DNA of 64,000 nt from an uncultured Verrucomicrobiae bacterium (GTDB taxonomy: Bacteria; Verrucomicrobiota; Verrucomicrobiia; Limisphaerales; Palsa-1400): contig OY969763.1 of assembly GCA_963702845.1 (NCBI GenBank), positions 5,536,001 through 5,600,000 on the forward strand. The letters are read 5' to 3'. Made by a program: the position numbers and the translations under genes. Below are positions 1 to 8,855 of this stretch, piece after piece. Below the pieces are notes generated by a model, which saw only the letters and a program-made list of their open reading frames with translations, made no database searches and was not told the origin of the DNA. The first letter of the stretch is position 1; every line of letters begins with the position of its first letter.

Positions 1-416
1 ATAAAGCCATTCAAGACGTGCATGCGCTCGGACCAATCCACAACGTTCTGCACCATGAGGTATTCGCGTTGGTGGGACTGCCGGCGCTTTCTAAACTGGC
101 GAAGAAGACAGCGGGTGCCCAGGTGGAAGTAGATCTGACACGCGTGGCGTGTGCGTTGGAGCGTTATCGACTGGCCCACAGTCAATATCCGGAGGATTTA
201 AATACTTTATCGCCCCAATTCATCGGCACCTTGCCGCACGACCCCATCAAAGGCGGGCCGCTGAACTATCATCGCACTCAGGACGGGTTTGCTCTCTATT
301 CGGTTGGCTGGAACGAAACGGACGACGGTGGAAAGGCGGTTTCGAGGTCAGGACGCAATCCACGCCCGGATCCAGACCAGGGTGATTGGGTTTGGGGCAA
401 CTCGGTCAATCCTTAG
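1..416 (+). CDS. Hypothetical protein, 3' part (5' end outside the window)
   Basis: C-terminus ACALERYRLAHSQYPEDLNTL..LPHDP..LYSVGWNETDDGG resembles a GspG-like tail common in PVC-group hypothetical proteins. Confidence 0.7.
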   Translation, partial: KAIQDVHALGPIHNVLHHEVFALVGLPALSKLAKKTAGAQVEVDLTRVACALERYRLAHSQYPEDLNTLSPQFIGTLPHDPIKGGPLNYHRTQDGFALYSVGWNETDDGGKAVSRSGRNPRPDPDQGDWVWGNSVNP

Positions 417-1468
417 CGCAACCAATCGTCGAGGTGCTCTTTGACGAACAGGTCGTCGTTGAGTTCGGGATAGTCGCGATAGACGCGGTCGATTTCTTCC
501 TTTTGGCCCGCGCCCAGTCCTTCGGCTGGATTCAAACACCAAATGCCTTCGAGCAGACCCTGGCGCCGCAGGACTTCGTGCAATCCGGGGATGCAGCCAT
601 GGAAATTATTGGTGGTGTCGAAGAATGCGGAATTGGAATCGGTGACGGCGACGGTCAGTTCCATCAGTTCGCGGGAAATGGAGCCGCCTTTTTTCATCGC
701 TTGATGACAAAGTGCAAGGTGTTCGACAGCGCGCTTTGTCCAAACAGCCCAGTGACCGAGCAGGCCACCAACGATGCGGCGTTCGACCATTTTGCCGTTC
801 ACCTTGAAGCGGAACGGCGTGATGAGATCCGGGATGATGGTGTCGTCGTTGCCGGTGTAAAGTGCGATGTCGTCGCGGCCAGCTTCGGCAATCGCGCGGA
901 TGGCGTCGTTGGTGCGGTAGCGATCGAATGGGGCGACTTTGATGGCAACGACGTTTTCGATTTCAGCAAAGCGACGCCAGAATGAATACTGCAGAACGCG
1001 GCCGCCGATGTTTGGGTTCAGATAAAAACCGATGATGGGGATAGTTTCCGAAACGCGTTTGCAATGGGCGATCAACTCGTCGTCGTTCGCTTCTTTCATC
1101 ATCGCGAGGCTGAGGAGGCCGGCGTGGAACCCGAGGTCGCGCACGAGTTCGGCTTCTTTGACGGCCTGTTCGGTTTTGCCGGTGATTCCCGAAATGCGAA
1201 CGAGCGGCTCACTGCGATTATTGTCGGCGCGGTCCAATTCCTCGCGCGTGATTTGCAAGATGGGCTTGAACAGATTGTATTTCGGATCGCGAATGGCGAA
1301 TTGAGTCATGTGCACGCCGATTGCAATACCTCCGGAACCGGCGGCGAAGTAGTACCGGAACAAAGCGCGCTGGCGACGTTCGTCGAGTTTACGGCTGGCG
1401 TTGAGCGCGAGTGGGGAAGCGGGGATGACGAGACCGCGATCGAGCGCGGCGCGGACTTTGGCGTTCAT
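413..1468 (-). CDS. DapA-like (dihydrodipicolinate synthase family) class I aldolase/lyase
   Basis: VIPASPLAL, GFYL, putative Schiff-base Lys in VAIKVAPF, LYTGNDD. Start placed at MNAKVR; the longer ORF-track start reads through a REP. Confidence 0.85.
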   Translation of the reverse strand: MNAKVRAALDRGLVIPASPLALNASRKLDERRQRALFRYYFAAGSGGIAIGVHMTQFAIRDPKYNLFKPILQITREELDRADNNRSEPLVRISGITGKTEQAVKEAELVRDLGFHAGLLSLAMMKEANDDELIAHCKRVSETIPIIGFYLNPNIGGRVLQYSFWRRFAEIENVVAIKVAPFDRYRTNDAIRAIAEAGRDDIALYTGNDDTIIPDLITPFRFKVNGKMVERRIVGGLLGHWAVWTKRAVEHLALCHQAMKKGGSISRELMELTVAVTDSNSAFFDTTNNFHGCIPGLHEVLRRQGLLEGIWCLNPAEGLGAGQKEEIDRVYRDYPELNDDLFVKEHLDDWLR

Positions 1469-1479
1469 AAAATAACTTT

Positions 1480-1556
1480 GTAGGAGCCGACGTGAGGAGG
1501 CTCTGACTTCCGTCACGATTTGCAAAGAAAAATTAGAGCCTCGAGTCGGCTGTTAC
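1480..1556. repeat. Inverted pair of GTAG-type REP-like elements
   Basis: GTAGGAGCCGACGTGAGGAGGCTCTGA (1480-1506, +) and a degenerate GTAACAGCCGACTCGAGGCTCTAA (1533-1556, -); a related copy lies at 24247-24273. Confidence 0.7.
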
Positions 1557-1561
1557 GAGAT

Positions 1562-1993
1562 TTACGAGGCGTCGATCTCGTCGATGCGCTTCTGGTGACG
1601 GCCGCCGGCGAATGGGGTGTTTAACCATACCTTCACGATCTCTGCGGCGGTTTCCCAAGGCATCATCCGTTGGCCGATGGAAATCATGTTGGCATCGTTG
1701 TGTTCGCGGCCGAGCTTCGCACTCTCGACATTCCAACACAGCGCGCACCGAATTCCCTTCACGCGATTGGCAACGATGGCTTCACCGTTTCCAGAGCCAC
1801 CCAGGACGATGCCGCGTTCGCATTCACCGCGGGCGACGGCTTCGGCAGTCGGCCGAATAAATAAAGGATAGTCGACAGATTCAGTGCTGTTGGTGCCAAA
1901 ATCGCGCACCTCGTGGCCGAGTTGCTGGAGCAAGGCTTTGATTTTTTCTTTGTATTCAAAGCCGGCGTGATCGGAGCCAATGGCGATTTTCAT
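1562..1993 (-). CDS. rpiB: Ribose-5-phosphate isomerase B
   Basis: MKIAIGSDHAG, DYP, GGSGNGE, REHNDAN, FAGGRHQKR motifs. Confidence 0.95.
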   Translation of the reverse strand: MKIAIGSDHAGFEYKEKIKALLQQLGHEVRDFGTNSTESVDYPLFIRPTAEAVARGECERGIVLGGSGNGEAIVANRVKGIRCALCWNVESAKLGREHNDANMISIGQRMMPWETAAEIVKVWLNTPFAGGRHQKRIDEIDAS

Positions 1994-2065
1994 AGCACGT
2001 GTACAGGCACAAGGATGACACCCGGTGTCAGAGTTTTATGGAAAACGGCTTTTTTGCTGCTGCGA

Positions 2066-2302
2066 TTAAGCAGCAACTTTGACCGGCGCAGCTTTGCGGA
2101 TGAGTCTCGCGCCGTTGGTTTTCAGATAAGCCTGCACGGCACTGATTCCACCCAAGCTGATTGGAACCCGTTTCTGGTTTTGAAACAGGCGATAGTGCGT
2201 CAGCGTCTTGCCGACTTCCATGATCTCGATGTGCTTGTCGTCCATCTTCCACAACTGACCTTTTGCCAGTGGCACGACCGAGGGTTTCTTGGACTTCGTC
2301 AT
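2066..2302 (-). CDS. Small basic hypothetical protein (78 aa)
   Basis: ATG ORF co-oriented with rpiB, protein-like composition (LAKGQLWK..VGKTLTHYR). Confidence 0.65.
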   Translation of the reverse strand: MTKSKKPSVVPLAKGQLWKMDDKHIEIMEVGKTLTHYRLFQNQKRVPISLGGISAVQAYLKTNGARLIRKAAPVKVAA

Positions 2303-2575
2303 ATGTATAGTGTTGTTGCAGTTCGCCTCAAAAGAAAAAAATCCTGGCGAGCGTAACTTGCGGAACCGGAGAACCGAGTTTTCTTTCGCTGCGTGTCATT
2401 AGAGCATTTATTTGACGACAAGGGAATGAAAATCTTCACTGCCGAGCAGCGGTATAATAAGAACTAACAGTGCAGGTTAATCGCTCTTGTGCTGCAAGTG
2501 TTTAATATGCAGCGCAATACAGATATCTACACGAAACGTAAGGGTTTTCCCTTAATACGTTTACGTACTAGATAT

Positions 2576-2611
2576 AAAAAACCCCCGCCCTGAAATTACT
2601 TCAGGGCGGGG
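2576..2611 (-). terminator. Intrinsic terminator of the 2628-3188 gene
   Basis: 12-bp stem CCCCGCCCTGAA/TTCAGGGCGGGG, 5-nt loop, U-tract on the minus strand. Confidence 0.85.
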
Positions 2612-2627
2612 TTGAAACGCTGATTGC

Positions 2628-3188
2628 TCACTGTTGAGGACTTGTGGAATCGTATGACGGAGCTAGCCAACCATTATTCTTCGAGTTGGCTCCGGACGGT
2701 TCTTGAACGATGTCGGGATTAGAATCACCGGGTATCCATCCATTGGAGATGGTCGCATCGGGACCCAGCGTGCCCTGGGAGATGCCTGATTGCCATAGGC
2801 CGGAGGAAGTAACAACTTGCCAGGATTGCAAAGACTTCGTCTTCGCGTGTTTTGCGGAGCCCGACGGTTCGTGCACCTTCGGACGATTGTCCACGCCACG
2901 TTGCCAATCGGAGCTTGCGTTATCGATCGGCGCCATAGGCTTCTGCATCGGTTGTGCGCCTGCCGGTTCACCCTGAGCGCCATAATAGGTGGCGCTTGTG
3001 CCGGGCGGCACTGTCGCCCAATCGGTTGATTGGCTTTGGTAACTCGTCCCGCTAGGTTCGCTGATGGTCGCTCCGGGTTGAACTTGTGCGGCCGGCATGG
3101 GCTCACGTGACCAACAACCTGACAATGCGAAAAGCGCGGTCGAACCGCACACAATTGTTCCAGCAAATTTCCAATATCGTAGAATCAT
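2628..3188 (-). CDS. Putative lipoprotein, low complexity, four EP(S/A)G motifs
   Basis: SD-like GGAGG upstream, lipobox LSGC (Cys25), terminator downstream. Confidence 0.75.
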   Translation of the reverse strand: MILRYWKFAGTIVCGSTALFALSGCWSREPMPAAQVQPGATISEPSGTSYQSQSTDWATVPPGTSATYYGAQGEPAGAQPMQKPMAPIDNASSDWQRGVDNRPKVHEPSGSAKHAKTKSLQSWQVVTSSGLWQSGISQGTLGPDATISNGWIPGDSNPDIVQEPSGANSKNNGWLAPSYDSTSPQQ

Positions 3189-3280
3189 TAAAAACCTCCC
3201 TCGTGAAGTTCAAGCCAAACGAGTTTTTTGCAATGAGGCGGAGGGTGGAAAAGCACATCGGAGCGGGACTGAGCGCCCGG

Positions 3281-4480
3281 CTAATCCCAGCGTAAAACGG
3301 GAACGATGGTTCCCTGATTAATCGAACTGTCCGGGGGAACGTCAACTAAACCGTTGGCGCGAGCCGCGGCGCTCAGCACATGCGCGGCCTGGGCTCCCGC
3401 TGAATGAGCTTCGCCATTCTGGTCGATGGTCACTCTCATGAAGTGCCGTCGGTCGCCGCGATTGACGAGGGTTTGACCGAGCCTGGCAAGTTGGGTTGGC
3501 GGGTTGGTTGCCTTCGCGTTTTGCATTCGCAATAAAGCAGGCCAGACCAGGAGACAAAATGTGACGAGCGCAGAGACCGGATTGCCGGGCAAGCCGAAGA
3601 GATATCTTCCACGCAGCGACCCAAAAACAAACGGCTTGCCTGGTCGCACTGAAACTTTCCAAAAATTCACCTCGCCGCCAAGTTGCTCAAAAGCGGCTTT
3701 GACATAATCAAATTCGCCGACGGACACGCCGCCACTGGTGAGCACGACGTCGCATTCTGCAAAGGCCTGGGAGAGTGCGTCGGCCGTGCCTTGGAGATCA
3801 TCGCGGACCAGCGGATAAATATTTGCAATGCCTCCGGCGCGTTGCACGAGCGGCGCGAGCCCTGCCCGATTGCTTTCGTAAATGGCAGCGCCATCCAACG
3901 GTTGGCCTGGTTCGCGCAGTTCGCTGCCGGTGGCGAGTAAGCCAACAATTGGTTTGCGCGCGACGACGACGGAATTGATCCCAAGGGCGGCGAGTAGGCT
4001 GATGCGCGTAGCCGAAAGCCGTTCACCCGGCTGAAACAGCACGGCATCTTTTCTCACGTCCTCACCGCGAAACCGGATGTTTTCCCACGGAGCAACTTTG
4101 TCGAATATCGCGACGGTGCCGTCATCATAGGCCTTCGTGTCCTCCTGCATCACCACGGCGTCGGCACCTTTCGGTAATACTGATCCGGTAAATAAGCGCA
4201 CACATGTGCCGGATTTTATCTCGCCGCTGAAACTTTCACCTGCGGCAACTTTGCCAATGACGCGCAACATGACGGTCGAGGTCGTGCTGGCATTGGCAAC
4301 ATCCGCCGCCTGCACCGCGTAGCCGTCCATCGCCGAATTATCGAAGGGTGGGAGATTCAGCGGCGCGGCGAGCGGTTCGGCCGTCACCCGTTCAAATGAT
4401 TTGTCGAGAGACACGCATTCGGACTTCAGCGGCTGGATTGCCTGGAGAATTTTGTCCCGCGCTTCTTCGAGTGAAATCAT
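3281..4480 (-). CDS. moeA: Molybdopterin molybdenumtransferase
   Basis: PPFDNSAMDGYA, GADAVVMQE, TGSEL, SGGVSVGEFDYV, PGKP, GLPGNPVS. Confidence 0.95.
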   Translation of the reverse strand: MISLEEARDKILQAIQPLKSECVSLDKSFERVTAEPLAAPLNLPPFDNSAMDGYAVQAADVANASTTSTVMLRVIGKVAAGESFSGEIKSGTCVRLFTGSVLPKGADAVVMQEDTKAYDDGTVAIFDKVAPWENIRFRGEDVRKDAVLFQPGERLSATRISLLAALGINSVVVARKPIVGLLATGSELREPGQPLDGAAIYESNRAGLAPLVQRAGGIANIYPLVRDDLQGTADALSQAFAECDVVLTSGGVSVGEFDYVKAAFEQLGGEVNFWKVSVRPGKPFVFGSLRGRYLFGLPGNPVSALVTFCLLVWPALLRMQNAKATNPPTQLARLGQTLVNRGDRRHFMRVTIDQNGEAHSAGAQAAHVLSAAARANGLVDVPPDSSINQGTIVPVLRWD

Positions 4481-4578
4481 CCATCAATAAAGCACCCGCT
4501 CAGTTGCGCTTTCAAGTCCGTGCTATCGGGCACAAAGCTGCTTTCACTTTGCCGCATTTGTCCTTAGTCTTGCGCGCG

Positions 4579-5409
4579 ATGAATTCTGATAGTCGCTTTC
4601 CGGACCTGCCGCTCTGGCCCTTTGCTGTTCTCGATGTCCTGTTTCTCGGTTTGGCGTTCTTAATGTTCAAGAATACGAGCCGTCCGTTAGGGGCAGTGGA
4701 AGCTGCGGAAATCATCATTTGTGTTGTGGGTGCCGCGATTTGTTTCGCTCTCCCGTTCCTGCGGCGCAATGCGAGCGCAACCGCGCTCGCTCAAGCCGAA
4801 GCGGTAGCTGGCGCGGTGAACGAAATAAAAAAACTCGAGAGCGTTGGCCAACAGATCAACCACGCCACCAGCCAATGGCAAGGCGTCCAGGAACACGCGA
4901 CCAAAACAGTTGATGCGGCGCGCGAAGTGGCCGACAGCATGGCGGCCGAAGCGAAGTCCTTTGTCGAATTTCTCAAGAAAGCGAACGAAACGGAAAAGAC
5001 CCATCTGCGCACCGAAGTGGAGAAACTGCGCCGCGCCGAAGGGCAATGGCTCGAGGTGTTCGTGCGCGTTATGGATAATATTTACGCGCTGAATCAGGCG
5101 GCGATTCAATCTGGCAAAGCGAATTTGATCAACCAAATCGGTCAATTCCATAACAACTGCCGCGAGTCCGCCCGTCGCATTGGGCTGGTGCCGGTCGTCG
5201 CCGAGAGCGGCGCTGCGTTTGACGCGAAAGCGCAGGATTTGTTTGAAGGCGAAAAGGCGGTGGCGAATTCGAAGGTGGGCCAGACCGTCGCTTGCGGTTA
5301 CACCTTCCAAGGGCAAATCGTGCGCAAGCCCGTCGTTATGTTGCACAACGAAAAAGCAGCCGCCCCTAAAGGTGCAGCGCAGGATATTTTGCCGGGAATC
5401 GCGAGTTAA
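4579..5409 (+). CDS. Membrane-anchored coiled-coil protein with a GrpE-like C-terminus
   Basis: Two N-terminal hydrophobic helices, a long helical stretch, then GAAFDAK..VGQTVACGYTFQGQIVRKPVV resembling the GrpE beta head. Confidence 0.65.
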   Translation: MNSDSRFPDLPLWPFAVLDVLFLGLAFLMFKNTSRPLGAVEAAEIIICVVGAAICFALPFLRRNASATALAQAEAVAGAVNEIKKLESVGQQINHATSQWQGVQEHATKTVDAAREVADSMAAEAKSFVEFLKKANETEKTHLRTEVEKLRRAEGQWLEVFVRVMDNIYALNQAAIQSGKANLINQIGQFHNNCRESARRIGLVPVVAESGAAFDAKAQDLFEGEKAVANSKVGQTVACGYTFQGQIVRKPVVMLHNEKAAAPKGAAQDILPGIAS

Positions 5410-8400
5410 ACGGAAAAGGTTTTGCCGATCGACAGGAATTGCAGCCAGCGCTTCGTCACTGGCCGATTGTATATTCGTTCGAGTGCGCGTGCGTAGAGAA
5501 GCAGTTGCGGCCGATACTGCGCTACCTTCGTTTCCACATCAGCTTTGGAGGCGGCGTCGGTTTTAAAATCTAAGATCCAAATTTCCTTGGGCGCAATCAC
5601 CGCAACGTCTACCACACCTTGCACGATCACCGACTCGCCGGGCGGCGGTGCGAACTGAGGATTGATGTCGGCGAAGTCGGTTGCGTCGAAACGTGCTGTG
5701 AAGGGTAATTCGCGGCGAATGTAATGTTGCTGCGAAAGTATTTCTCGCGCCGTCGGCGATTGCCAAAATTCAACAAGGCGATCGAAATCAAGGCACGCCA
5801 ACTCGTCCTGAGAGAGGCTTCCATTTTCTACCATGCGTCGAGCCTCGGCGCGCAGACCTGAAGCATCGCTGACGTGTTCGAATTGGACCTGTTCGAGAAA
5901 GGCGTGGTGTGCGATCCGCTCTCGGCGGCGCTTAGTTTTTTAACAGTATTACGTGCGCGCGCCGTTTTAATAGCACGATCGATTTTTAGGAATGGCTGCG
6001 CCTCGTCGTCGCTGAGTTCTTTTCGCAAAGCCGACACGCTGGTTTTGGCGGAACGAGTTGTCGCGGGTTGGTGCGTATACGACCAATCGAGGCGGGCTCG
6101 TAATATTTCGAGGGACTTGGCTGAAAGTTCAACCGCGCCCGATAACCTCGTTGCGGTGGTCGGGGCGGCGACATCGACGTCATCGCAAACACGCCAACTC
6201 AACAACTGGTTTTGGCCGGCAGTGAAATCAGTGTGCTCAAGTGCGAGCCAACTGCCGATCCAATCGAGAGACGTCTTGGCCTCGCTGAGCTCGGTCGGAC
6301 CAAGTCCACGACTCGCCCAACCGGGCCAGCCTTCGTCCAGTTTTTTTTGTCCGACGGACCCGACGAGAATAAGCCGGTGCTCGGCACGGGTCATCGCGAC
6401 ATACAGTAAGCGCAACTCTTCGCCGAGCGTCTCAAACTTTTGCTGACGTTGTGCCAGCCAATACGGAAGACTTGGATAGGATCGTCGGCTTGTCGGTGGT
6501 TTGACTTTCCCGCACAGTCCAAATTTCTCGCTCAAACTGATGTCTTTGTTGCCATCGCCAAAATTAAATTTCTTTCCGAGATCGGCAACGACCACCACTG
6601 GAAACTCCAGGCCTTTGCTTTGATGAATGCTCATCAGGCGAACGGCGTTGGTTTCCGGCGGCGCCGCTGGTTCAGCGTCGATTTCGTTTTCCAACTGCGC
6701 ATCAACGAATTTGAGAAAGCGATAAAGCCCTTCGCGTTGAAACACGTCGAATTGCCGCGACAGTTGGAGCAAGCGTTCGACGTTCGCACGCTTTTGCGTG
6801 GCGCGGTCCTGCGCGTTGAGCAACTCGACGAAATGTGTGTCGTTAAGAATTTGCTCGATCGTGTGCGACAAGGAAGTTTGCCGGGCCATACGTCTCCACT
6901 TTTTGTAACGCGCCAGGAATACGTCGGTTTTTGCAAACAGATCGGATTCGTCCTTGCCAATCGCTTTGTGCCAACACATCAGCGCCGTCCAAAAGTTTCC
7001 TTCTTTTTTGGTCAACCGGACCTCCGCGAGATCTATTGGCGTCATGCCGACGAGCGGCGAGCGCAAAACACCGAGCAGCGGAACGTCCTGCAACGGATTG
7101 TCGAGCAGCTTCAGTAAATCGAGCAGGTCGCGGATTTCGAGCGCGTCGAAAAATCCACCGCGCGTGGCAACGAGCGGCACCCCAACGCGCGTAAATTCTT
7201 TGACGAACGCTTCGACTTTCGATCGCGGCGAACGCATTAGCACCACCATCTCATTCCAGTCAGTTCCTTCCTGCTGCAGTTCTTTCAACCGCCCTGCGAT
7301 CAATTGCGCTTCACGTTCGTTATCGGAAAAATTGCCTTCGTCAGATTCGCCACCGTCGGTGCTGCGCAACAGCAATTCGACTGGTGGTTTTTGATCCGGC
7401 TTCACCGTCAGGTCGGCGCGTTCAGTGCGAGCGCCGAATTGCAGGCAAGCATCGGCATCGTATTTAACGTCGCCGAGTTCCTCGCGCATGATCACGCCAA
7501 AGAGCGAGTTGACAAAATTCAGGATAGCTTCGTGGCTGCGGAAATTGTCGGAGAGCGGGATAACTTTGCCGTCGGACTCACCTCGCCATTGCTTGTGGTA
7601 TTGCAGGAAGATGCGCGGATCGGCGAGCCGAAAGCGGTAGATACTTTGTTTGATGTCGCCCACGAGGAACCGATTCGCATTGGACAGTGCGGCGATAATC
7701 GCTTCCTGCGCGCTGTTGATGTCTTGAAATTCGTCGACGAAAATCAGCCGGAATTTTCCACGCCATTCGCGCGCCACCGCACTTGGCTCGCCGGTCTTGC
7801 GGTCCCAAAGCAAACGCAACGAAAGTTGCTCGAGGTCGCTGTAATCCGCCGCACCCATTTCCTTTTTCGCTCGGGAGTATTCGGTTTCAAACTGTTCCGC
7901 GAGTTCCAGCAGGCACAACATGGAACTGCGAATCCAATTCCAATCTTCCTGCAATGGATCTTTGCCATCGGCAGCACACAGCGAGTGCAAAAAGTCAGCC
8001 TCATCGAACATCGGTTTAACGATCTCCGGCTTTTTCAAATCGCCTTTCTTGCCGTGCCAATCGTCGAGAATGCCCGCAAGCGCCGCGCACACGTCAGGAA
8101 AGTTCTTTCCGCTTTCGCCAAGGTTTTCCAATGCTGCGACACACTGGTGCGAGTGCAGATTTGTTTTTGGTTGCTGACGCAAGATCGGCAACCAACGTTT
8201 CTGCCAATCGTCGGCCGCTTCAAAAAACCACTCGCGCCATTTCGCTGGCTCGGTTTGCTCGAACGCCACACGTTGATTCGCCAGCCAACCATCCGGATCA
8301 CGCAAGCTCTGACGATAACGGTGAATCGTCAGCACGGTGTCGCGTACCGGTTTGTCCCAACCACGACTGAAGCTCTGGATAAATTCCCGGATGCGTTTCG

Positions 8401-8854
8401 CGTCGGTCGAGGTCCCTTCATAAGCGCGTTCCAAAATACGATCGAGCGCCTCGCTCATCATCAATCGCGATTGTTCCTCCGGCAAAACGCTCAACTGCGG
8501 GTCGAGGTCCAGTTCGTAAAAATGTTCGCGCACGAGCCGATAACAAAAGCTGTGCAGCGTGCAGATGTTCGCCGTCTCCAAGAGCGCGAGTTGTTCATTC
8601 AAAGCCTCACGCGAGCCCTGGTCCTTTTTCTTTTCCAGTTCAGTGCGCAGTCGCTTCCGCATTTCAGTCGCGGCCGCTTCGGTGAACGTCACCATCAACA
8701 CCTGTTCGATCGAGCCCTTCTGCGAATCGTCCAACAACCACGCCAGGCACCGATCCACCAGGGTTCGTGTTTTGCCCGCGCCGGCGCCGGCGACGACCAG
8801 CACGTTGCCACGCGCTTCAATCGCTGCTTTTTGGGCTGGTGTTGGGCCGGGCAT
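5406..8854 (-). CDS. addA: AddA helicase/nuclease subunit (one frameshift near 5912)
   Basis: AGAGAGKT, TFTEAAA, VDEFQD, VGDIKQSIYRFR, SIHQSKGLEF, LYVAMTRA. The nuclease domain (QGVVD..LDFKTD..QL..Y) is in ORF 5406-5834; adding one base near 5912 restores GSAHHAFLEQ. Confidence 0.93.
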
Positions 8855-8855
8855 A

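Noticed and set aside
2426..2468. Micro-ORF MKIFTAEQRYNKN with an SD-like AAGGGA
   Set aside because: Too short to support, with no downstream plus-strand gene or attenuator
4481..4578. Moco riboswitch upstream of moeA
   Set aside because: The spacer is short, shared with a divergent promoter and shows no matching structure
5880..5930. Programmed frameshifting in addA (also considered for the sulfatase near 41255)
   Set aside because: No slippery heptamer at either site; similar indels elsewhere point to sequencing error
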